64,000 nt of DNA. Source: a virus. A program made the position numbers and the translations under genes. Where the stretch lies: IMG/VR virus record IMGVR_UViG_3300032053_000045, positions 9,818-73,817 of that record, one strand, 5' to 3'. This document shows, one piece after another, positions 20,590 to 28,534 of the stretch; the first letter of the stretch is position 1; each line of letters begins with the position of its first letter. The notes beneath the pieces were generated by a model. The model ran no database searches. It was not told where the DNA came from and saw only the letters and a list, made by a program, of their open reading frames with translations.

Positions 20590-22334
20590 ATAAAAATCAC
20601 ATAATGTCTATTATAAAAGCTACCCGCAGTAAACCCAAAGGGCATAAAGCCTATCAGCGAATGACTCCTACAGGAAAAGTTGTTCAGGTTAAAGAGAAGC
20701 CTTACGCTAAAGAAAACAATGTTAAAACTTTGCGGAATGAAATTCGACAATTGACCAAAGAGCATGATTATCTAGGAGCACAATCAGAAAAACTTGATAA
20801 AATACTTGACAAATATACAAAATATTTGGGTTCAAGTAATAAGACTGGCCGTAAAAAATTCTATCATTATAGAAATATTATGGGTAAAATTGATAACAAA
20901 TATTATAATATAGAAGAAAAGCTTAATCAATTAAAAGAACAGTATAGAGTAGCAACTGATCCTGCTGCTAGGTTTGAAGGATCTGATTCTGATTCTCTTG
21001 AGATCTTAAGGCAGAAAAAAGACACAGCTGAGCAAGAAAGAGACGTTATTCGGTTGAGTCCTATGTTTCAAGAATTAGAAAGGCTGAGTAGCAAACGGAA
21101 TAATCTAAGAGAAAAAGCTGATATAGCTTCTTGGAAAAATCGTGATAAATGGCTGGCTTTGGCAGATAAAGCTGATGAAGAATATTATGCATACGAAAAA
21201 AAGTTTGATATGACCAGTACTGGCAAATTGTATAAAAAGCTGTATTGGAACATTGATCAAAGAAAAGGTATTTTGAATCAACTAAATTATTTAATAGAAA
21301 GTAAAGAGAAAACAATTAAAAATAAAAAATGGTTAAAAAGAACATTGCAAAGATCACCATTTACTATTGACGAATGGAAAAAAATAGGTGATGCAGCTTC
21401 TAGAACTTGGCATCATGGCGGAGATCAATTCGCTTCTGACGCCATCGCTTTAGTTAGAGAAGGAGAATATAGAGGAGACGATACAGATGTTTATACTGAG
21501 CTTATTTTAGATGGCGACGCAATATACACTTTAGGTAAGCTAGATCCTAAAATATACAAAAAGATTACTCCAAAAACATATAATAAAGCGAGAGAAATCG
21601 TAGCTACTCTTCTTTTTAGTAAAGGACGATATCGAACTGCTCTTGAAGAATTAAAAAATGAAATGTCAGACAATCAATATGAAAAATCAGATGAGAGAAT
21701 TTTGAATCTCATCAAATCAACAAGAACAATGGGAAGACATATGAGAATTAGATCAGGAAAACCATATTCTGCTGGTCAAGGAATTACTAAACAACCAAGA
21801 GGAAGCAAAGAGGCTCCAACAATGACGGAGCAAGATCCATTTGAAGATCTTCGGCCAACAGAGAAAGAGGTAGGAGAACATTATCGCCAATATGGAGATA
21901 TACCTCTCAATGAATTTGAAAAAGCCAAAAATGAACCTACTTTAAAAGAATTAAAAAAACAATATGAAGATTTATTAGAACAAGCTAAAAGACAAACTAC
22001 TCAAGATAATGTTCCTTATTTTGATAAAGAATTAAGTAGATTATCAAAACAAATTAAAGAAAAAGAAAGTTCTGGATTTCGCAAGAAACCAGTTCGTCAT
22101 GAAAGACATTTGAAAACAGGAAAAATTATAGAAGCAGGATCAGGAGAAAAGAGAAAATCTAAAATTAAACAGCTATATAAAATTGTTCTTAATCGATTTG
22201 GGGCTATGTGTGATGAGCAAGGAACTGGAGATCAAGTAGAGAATTTCTTAGTCAAAAGAGGAATTAATCCTTATAAGGCAAATGATTTAGCAGCAAAATT
22301 TATGGATAAAATGCTGGAAGGAAAAACAAGGTAG
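20586..22334 (+). CDS. Modular putative internal head protein
   Basis: Carries KPKGHKAYQRM..GKV and RKKPVRHERHLKTGK modules plus coiled coils. Confidence 0.75.
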   Translation: MNKNHIMSIIKATRSKPKGHKAYQRMTPTGKVVQVKEKPYAKENNVKTLRNEIRQLTKEHDYLGAQSEKLDKILDKYTKYLGSSNKTGRKKFYHYRNIMGKIDNKYYNIEEKLNQLKEQYRVATDPAARFEGSDSDSLEILRQKKDTAEQERDVIRLSPMFQELERLSSKRNNLREKADIASWKNRDKWLALADKADEEYYAYEKKFDMTSTGKLYKKLYWNIDQRKGILNQLNYLIESKEKTIKNKKWLKRTLQRSPFTIDEWKKIGDAASRTWHHGGDQFASDAIALVREGEYRGDDTDVYTELILDGDAIYTLGKLDPKIYKKITPKTYNKAREIVATLLFSKGRYRTALEELKNEMSDNQYEKSDERILNLIKSTRTMGRHMRIRSGKPYSAGQGITKQPRGSKEAPTMTEQDPFEDLRPTEKEVGEHYRQYGDIPLNEFEKAKNEPTLKELKKQYEDLLEQAKRQTTQDNVPYFDKELSRLSKQIKEKESSGFRKKPVRHERHLKTGKIIEAGSGEKRKSKIKQLYKIVLNRFGAMCDEQGTGDQVENFLVKRGINPYKANDLAAKFMDKMLEGKTR

Positions 22335-22345
22335 GTGAAAAAATA

Positions 22346-22783
22346 ATGCAAATACATACATTCGACGAGGGGGGTTACTGCAAACAAGAAGGTATTTTCG
22401 AGAAATCTCAGGAAATTAATAAAACTATGAATACTCTTGGTGGTGATGGAGAGTGGCAAAGTGTTTATGGGGTTAAGCTTTTCGTTGGTCCTGATGGAGT
22501 TATACTAAGGGGACCAGATCAGTTTATTGGAAGAAAATTCGATGATGTTAAAAATTTAAACTATAATGATATTTTTACAGTTGAAAGAAGCGTTGCTCGG
22601 GCTATGATGACGACAAACAAATCGCTGAACCCAGACGACCCTGAAAATAAAGAAGAAAATAAAAAAATTATGGAAGAAACGAAAGATTTTATCGACAAAA
22701 CAATTGCAATTAGAAAAGCAGAAAAGTCCAACGCTCTCGTGGGACACGATCCCTTGTACACAGTTGACAGGTCCAAGATTTAA
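22346..22783 (+). CDS. Hypothetical head-associated protein
   Basis: WQSVYGVKLFVGPDGVILRGP motif; FEKS/AEKS. Confidence 0.7.
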   Translation: MQIHTFDEGGYCKQEGIFEKSQEINKTMNTLGGDGEWQSVYGVKLFVGPDGVILRGPDQFIGRKFDDVKNLNYNDIFTVERSVARAMMTTNKSLNPDDPENKEENKKIMEETKDFIDKTIAIRKAEKSNALVGHDPLYTVDRSKI

Positions 22784-22798
22784 AAAGAGGTGAAGTAA

Positions 22799-23308
22799 AT
22801 GGGAAGATATCAATGCTTCATGTGCGGGACGATAGAGGAGAGGAATGATGATGAAACAGAAAAGATTGACGATAGACCAAATGATGTATCTGGTGAAGTG
22901 GATGATGGACAAACAGAAGAAGTTAGAGAAATTAAATGTAAGCAGTGTGGAGAATCAAAGTGGATTAGACTCGGAGAAGAGAAAAAACCAATAGAAGTAG
23001 ATGACAATATTCTGACTAAAATATCCTTTTTTCTGTCTGATATTTTTAGTCATGTAAATAATTTTCTTGAAGTAATATGGAATAAAATAACTGATATTGT
23101 TAGTCTTATAGTTATTTATTTTATTGTTTTATGGCGGTCGACAACATCTCAAAGACAGAAAATCATCAACAAGATAACCGCTTTCACAGGTTGTGTTTTA
23201 GGGGTATATTTGATTGATTATTTTTTTAAATGTGGTTTTGACAAAGCGGCCATTTTAATCGTTCTGTTATACATTATTTTCAAAATTAATAAATTCGGGG
23301 AGCAATAA
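22799..23308 (+). CDS. Zn-ribbon membrane protein
   Basis: C..C ... C..C followed by three hydrophobic segments. Confidence 0.7.
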   Translation: MGRYQCFMCGTIEERNDDETEKIDDRPNDVSGEVDDGQTEEVREIKCKQCGESKWIRLGEEKKPIEVDDNILTKISFFLSDIFSHVNNFLEVIWNKITDIVSLIVIYFIVLWRSTTSQRQKIINKITAFTGCVLGVYLIDYFFKCGFDKAAILIVLLYIIFKINKFGEQ

Positions 23309-23311
23309 AAC

Positions 23312-24829
23312 ATGGTTCTTAATTCTTTTACTAGCAAGGTGTCACAAGGGCTTGAAAAGGCATTTAAAAATCAATATGGCATGAGAGACGTTTCTGACGG
23401 CAATGGAATGATTTTAGAAAAATCAATGAAAGCCTGGGTGCCTGGTTATCGATCTTATGATAAATACGGTCAAGAGAAAACTGGTACTGATTTTCATCTT
23501 ACTCCAGAGACATTGCGAAGAATGTATCAATATAATTGTGTTGTTAGAATGGCGGTTGACGCAATTATTAACGAGGTCACATCAGCAAAATGGGATATCA
23601 TGCCTAAAGAGAAAGATGACAATATTGAAAAGGATAAGGTTAAGCAAGAAGATCAGAAAAAAAGGATCAAAGAAGTAAAAGGTTTCTTTGAGAAGCCTAA
23701 TAAAAATAAAGAAAATTTCAGAACAATTTTAGAAAAAATGATGAGGGATTTATTATTATTGGATGCTGGAGTAATAGTTAAATCTCATACTCCACAAGGA
23801 AGAATAGCAGAAATATATGCAGCAGATGGTGGGACTATAAAAATAGATGCTGACAGACATGGAATGATAAATTGCTTTTGGCAGGTTATTCAACAAGAAG
23901 GACTGAAACCATTAAAATTAGAGTCTAATGAAGTAATTTATCTGATGATGAATCCAAGCACAAATAGTTTATATGGATTATCTCCATTGGAAACTCTACA
24001 TAACATTGTTACAGCTTTTCTTTACGGGGAAACATATAACCTGAAGTATTTCGAGAATAGTTCTACTCCAAGAGGAATTCTTGATCTCGGTCCTGCAATT
24101 ACTGAGGATCAGTTAGACAGATTTAGAACTTACTGGCAGTCGGAAACTATTCAACAACCTCATCGAACATTTGTTGTAGGTGGAGCGTCTGCAGGCTCAA
24201 AGTGGACCGCAATTGCAATGACCCCCAAAGATATGGAGTTTAACAACTATATGAATTGGTTATTGAAAGTTATTCTTGCAGTTTTTGGAGTTAGCCCTTC
24301 AGAAGCAGGATGGACAGAAGATTTGAGAGGGGCTCCCGCAACAGGACAATTACTTCAATCTCAGGCTTTTAAGAATAAATCTATTTATCCTATGATGGAC
24401 AAAATTTCATATTATTTAACAAGAGATATTATTTGGGATGAATTTGGTTATGACGATTTAAAATTCGAATTCATCGAGGAAATCAGTCTCCAAGAAAAAA
24501 TGTTAAAAGGACAATACGACAACATGAGAGTAATGTCAGGGATTATGTCAGTTGACGAAATTAGAAAGGAATCAGGTCTTAGTCCAAAGCCAAAGGAAGA
24601 AGAAGGAATGGGAGGTATGTTTGGTGGAGGAGAAGAAGAGGAAGAGGACTTTGAAGCTTCACCAGAGAAACCAAATGATCCAAATCAAACACTTGATTTA
24701 GTTAAAAAAGAATTAAATAAAAATTCAACAAACACTCAAAAAATGATTGCGAAAGCTTTTAATAAACTTCGTTTTGAGGTACTACGAGGTCTGGTGCATA
24801 GCCAGTTTTTGAATGAGAACAAACAGTAG
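23312..24829 (+). CDS. Portal protein (HK97 family)
   Basis: YGLSPLE, N..YF.N...P.GIL, KDMEF, I..VFGV.P, G.MSVDEIR...GL.P. Confidence 0.93.
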   Translation: MVLNSFTSKVSQGLEKAFKNQYGMRDVSDGNGMILEKSMKAWVPGYRSYDKYGQEKTGTDFHLTPETLRRMYQYNCVVRMAVDAIINEVTSAKWDIMPKEKDDNIEKDKVKQEDQKKRIKEVKGFFEKPNKNKENFRTILEKMMRDLLLLDAGVIVKSHTPQGRIAEIYAADGGTIKIDADRHGMINCFWQVIQQEGLKPLKLESNEVIYLMMNPSTNSLYGLSPLETLHNIVTAFLYGETYNLKYFENSSTPRGILDLGPAITEDQLDRFRTYWQSETIQQPHRTFVVGGASAGSKWTAIAMTPKDMEFNNYMNWLLKVILAVFGVSPSEAGWTEDLRGAPATGQLLQSQAFKNKSIYPMMDKISYYLTRDIIWDEFGYDDLKFEFIEEISLQEKMLKGQYDNMRVMSGIMSVDEIRKESGLSPKPKEEEGMGGMFGGGEEEEEDFEASPEKPNDPNQTLDLVKKELNKNSTNTQKMIAKAFNKLRFEVLRGLVHSQFLNENKQ

Positions 24830-25172
24830 ATACCTGAAACCCGATTTCGGATATGGTGATAGTGTTTTCTTTAAAACATCAGAAAATGTAGCTATTGGTC
24901 TTGGGGAATTTGAGGGAGTTGTTACAACCCCGGAAGAAATAGAGGCATGGATTTTTAATGAGTTTACCAAAGAGGCTTCACAATTAGGAACCAAAGCTAT
25001 TAATTTTAGAGTAAAATCAAGATTAAAACTTCTTAATCGGCTGAAGAGAAATGTTTCTACTCAAATTGATATTTTGGAATCAGAAAATTTTATTATCGAC
25101 AAAAACTATGACAAAAAACATGACAAATTTAAAACAACAAATTATTCGCATAAAAAAAGCTCTAAACACTGA
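24813..25172 (+). CDS. Hypothetical protein
   Basis: Overlaps portal end; fills the gap. Confidence 0.55.
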   Translation: MRTNSRYLKPDFGYGDSVFFKTSENVAIGLGEFEGVVTTPEEIEAWIFNEFTKEASQLGTKAINFRVKSRLKLLNRLKRNVSTQIDILESENFIIDKNYDKKHDKFKTTNYSHKKSSKH

Positions 25173-26043
25173 CGTTATTGATATCCGGAATGATATCAGA
25201 AATAAATACAATATTTTTATTGATATTGATAACGCCGAGTGGTTGAAAGAAACTGCAGATATTCTTACAAATTCAGATATACCCGATAGTCATATAAAAA
25301 ACAATCCATCATTAAAAGTAATTAATACGGATCCCGCAAAAGACTTTTACAGTAAGTGTAACCGAGAAACTGGTGTAATAACTTTGAGCACCCAATTGTT
25401 CGATCCAGAATTCAGAAAAAAACAACCATTCCACAGAATTAAAGGAGTCCCCACCTTAAAAGAATTACTTATCCATGAAATTGGTCATGCAGTTGGTAAT
25501 GCTCATAATGAGAAACTAAATAAAGATTTTGAAAAAACATTCGGCTGGGCAGTAGCAAATGGAAATAAAAACATTATCGATGAATGTAAAAAAAATGGTT
25601 ATGTCAGTTCATTAGATTCATTTCTTAATGTTCCAATCGAACAATTAACAACTATAGACGATAAGGAAAGAAAAAGAATCGCCGATAAAATTAAATTAGA
25701 CGGTATTTATCAAAAACCAGATAAGCAGATTAAGATGTCCTGGTATGGGATTACCGGACCTAAAGAAGACATGGCCGAAAGCTACGCAAATTATATCTTG
25801 GCTTCAGATAATTTAAAAAGAGTAGAGCCAGAAAGATATCAGTATATGAAAAAAAATGTCTTTGATAATAAAGAATACAGCGCACTACAAAAATCTATTC
25901 AGAATATGAAAAAAATATTGGCTCCATATTCTAATTTAGAAAGTCCATATGGAGATATTCCGGGATCAAAACAAGAACTGGCTACTAAAAAAGTAATCGC
26001 TAATAAAATAAACAGAGTCAAGAAAAAACTAAGGGGGAAGTGA
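25108..26043 (+). CDS. Zincin-like metallopeptidase domain protein
   Basis: LIHEIGHAV (HExxH) and EDMAESYA; start uncertain (25051, 25108 or 25120). Confidence 0.75.
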   Translation: MTKNMTNLKQQIIRIKKALNTDVIDIRNDIRNKYNIFIDIDNAEWLKETADILTNSDIPDSHIKNNPSLKVINTDPAKDFYSKCNRETGVITLSTQLFDPEFRKKQPFHRIKGVPTLKELLIHEIGHAVGNAHNEKLNKDFEKTFGWAVANGNKNIIDECKKNGYVSSLDSFLNVPIEQLTTIDDKERKRIADKIKLDGIYQKPDKQIKMSWYGITGPKEDMAESYANYILASDNLKRVEPERYQYMKKNVFDNKEYSALQKSIQNMKKILAPYSNLESPYGDIPGSKQELATKKVIANKINRVKKKLRGK

Positions 26044-26453
26044 TGCAAAGAACTGAAGAGTTAAATTTATTTTTAAGATCGATTTCAAAATCAGATGTTA
26101 GGACGAGACAAAGAAGAGTTAATCGATTTGAAAAAGGGACATTAAAAATGATTGTATTAAGCATTGATGGCGGAATCTTGGCCGTGACTGGCAGACTAAG
26201 GAATGAGCCGGATAGAAAAATTCAAACATTGATATTTAATAAATCGATTAATCCTTATGGAATAAAATCTTGGTCTTTAAGAAAAGCAAAAGATTGGGTG
26301 CATTTGTACAAAAAATCCATAATAAAATCTATTAACCCAGAAAAAATTTCAAATAGAATAATTATTATGAAAGCAATTAAGGCAGCTGAACATCAAATGA
26401 TAAACAAATTACCGAAAATTATAAATAAGGTATTACAAGGAGATGAGCAATGA
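26040..26453 (+). CDS. Hypothetical basic protein (head module)
   Basis: Coupled to both neighbours. Confidence 0.7.
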   Translation: MMQRTEELNLFLRSISKSDVRTRQRRVNRFEKGTLKMIVLSIDGGILAVTGRLRNEPDRKIQTLIFNKSINPYGIKSWSLRKAKDWVHLYKKSIIKSINPEKISNRIIIMKAIKAAEHQMINKLPKIINKVLQGDEQ

Positions 26454-28222
26454 GTAAATTATTGGGAGGGAATTTTTCTCTTGATATTTCCAAGGCCGTG
26501 GAAGGTAAAATCAATCCGGCAAAGAAAAAACGGATAATCGAGGGATACATGACAACTCCCGCTCTCGATCTAGAAAATGAAGTAACAGACAGCAAGGCGT
26601 ATCCTGAAGCTGCCGAAGAATTGAACCAACATGTTCATGATGGATCTCCAATTCCTATTTTTATTGAGCATCGTAGGAAAGAAATTTCTTTACCTGTTGG
26701 GAGAATTATTTCTGCTGAAGCAAAGCCTAATGGGATATGGTTTAAGGGAGAGATCGCAGAAGGTAAAATAGCAGATCCTGTTTGGGAGCTGATTGAGCAA
26801 GGGATGTTAAACGGATGCTCAATGGGTGGAGATGCCTTAGAAACAGTTCCTGATTTTGATCCTGAGAAAAACAAAGAATTCAAAAGAATAAAAAAGATGA
26901 CTATTAGAGAATTATCATTGACAGGGCTACCTGTTAATCCTCAAGCAGTTTTCTCTATGGCAAAATCTTTAAATATCGAAGAAAGGAAGGTGAGATCAAA
27001 ATTGGAAAAATTAGAAAAAGCAATAGAAACAGAATATGATATTAGTACTATAGAGAAAGCTGTTAATGATGGAAAAATTGATGAAGAGAGTATGAAGAGA
27101 ATAAAATCAGCTCTCGATGGATTAGAACAACTTATTGGAATAAAAACTGATGAAACTCCAACGAAAGAAGAGGCTCCCAAAGAAACAGAAGTAGCAGAAA
27201 AACCCACTGAAGATAAAGGTAAGTTAGATCAAATTTTAGAGAAAATAAATATGCTTGTTGAAAATAAGGAAAAACCTGCAGAAAAACCCGAAGAAACTAT
27301 AGAAGAACCAAAAACTACAGAAGCCCCCAAAGAAGAAAAAGAAGAAGGAGGTGAAATGAATATGGCAAAAATGAAAGATATTGATGAAAAAGAAGAAGAT
27401 AAAAAAGAAGCAGAAACACTGAAATGTAAATCTTGTTCGATGGTCTTCGAAAAAAGTGAAGATGAAGATTACGAGGTTAAATTCTGTCCTAAATGTGGTA
27501 AACCATTCGGCGACGAAGAAGTTGAAGGCGAAGTTGATGCTGAAGATAGTGAAGATGGAGAGGAAATCGTTGACGAGGAATCAGTTGACGAAGAGCCGAT
27601 GGATGAAGAGGAAGACATTGACGATGAAGAATTAGATCTCGATGAAGAAGGCGAAGATGACGAGGATGAATTCGAAGATGACGAGGAAGATGATGTTGAA
27701 ATGGTAAAGTTTGTTGATGATGAGGATGAAGATGACGAGTTTGAGGAAGATGAGGAAGATGAGGATGATGAGTCCTTTGAAAAGAATTTAGAAATTCTTC
27801 AGTCAAAACCGTCAAAAGATTCCGGTCAGTCAATTTCAACATTCAAGGGAGATTATATCAAGCCATCAACTGGTAAACGGACTAATCCTGCTGACACCAC
27901 AGAGCACGAACATCCGAAGCCATTCAAGCCGTTAGAGACTGGAGTTTCAGGTGAACAGTTTGCTAACTATGGTAAGGATCGTACAGAGAAATCTATGAGT
28001 TCGTCCAGAATTAAGAGGATGGTTGAGAAAGCTGTTAAGGATTCCGTAGAAGAGACAATTAAATCTTCTATTGAAAAAGCAATTGACGCTTCTAATGTTG
28101 AAAGAAAAGTTCTTGGTCCGATTGAGAAATCTCAAAATGCGACTCCTGATACTATCAGTGATGACAGAGTTTTCGCTCGTGCCCTTTCCCAAGGTCTGTC
28201 TGATCCGATCCCGATGGAGTAG
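26450..28222 (+). CDS. Prohead maturation protease (HK97-type) fused to acidic scaffold-like region
   Basis: IEGYM...D...E, FIEH....PVG, G.W.KG.I, G.S.GG, ELSL...P.NP.A; then coiled coil, Zn ribbon and D/E tract. Confidence 0.9.
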   Translation: MSKLLGGNFSLDISKAVEGKINPAKKKRIIEGYMTTPALDLENEVTDSKAYPEAAEELNQHVHDGSPIPIFIEHRRKEISLPVGRIISAEAKPNGIWFKGEIAEGKIADPVWELIEQGMLNGCSMGGDALETVPDFDPEKNKEFKRIKKMTIRELSLTGLPVNPQAVFSMAKSLNIEERKVRSKLEKLEKAIETEYDISTIEKAVNDGKIDEESMKRIKSALDGLEQLIGIKTDETPTKEEAPKETEVAEKPTEDKGKLDQILEKINMLVENKEKPAEKPEETIEEPKTTEAPKEEKEEGGEMNMAKMKDIDEKEEDKKEAETLKCKSCSMVFEKSEDEDYEVKFCPKCGKPFGDEEVEGEVDAEDSEDGEEIVDEESVDEEPMDEEEDIDDEELDLDEEGEDDEDEFEDDEEDDVEMVKFVDDEDEDDEFEEDEEDEDDESFEKNLEILQSKPSKDSGQSISTFKGDYIKPSTGKRTNPADTTEHEHPKPFKPLETGVSGEQFANYGKDRTEKSMSSSRIKRMVEKAVKDSVEETIKSSIEKAIDASNVERKVLGPIEKSQNATPDTISDDRVFARALSQGLSDPIPME

Positions 28223-28534
28223 AGAACCTGTTAGACTAAACATAAAATGTTTGTCGTTAACGCGACGCTTTTCTTAATTTAAATCAACGTTGATTCATTT
28301 GATTCAAAAATGCGGCTTTTGTCGCGCGGTTGAAAAAGTCCTGAATGTTTGTGATGGTGATCGAAAGAAAACTATCATAAGTGTGTTATAGACACATCAA
28401 CTTCAGGCAGAAAAAAGAATTTTATTGTGGTTAAAAAACCACGGCTTGAAGGGGGTGACTTCCTGTGCTGACCCCCGAAGATGTTAACAACATCAGCGAT
28501 AATATCCTCAGGAAAAAAGGAGGATAGAAATAAA
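28223..28534 (+). promoter_or_regulatory. Structured 5' leader of capsid gene with RBS hairpin
   Basis: Several inverted repeats; tatcctc/gaggata (28503-28526) covers most of the GGAGG. Confidence 0.5.

Noticed and set aside
27489-27790. Tandem DNA repeat in the D/E tract
   Set aside because: Low-complexity coding sequence without a fixed unit
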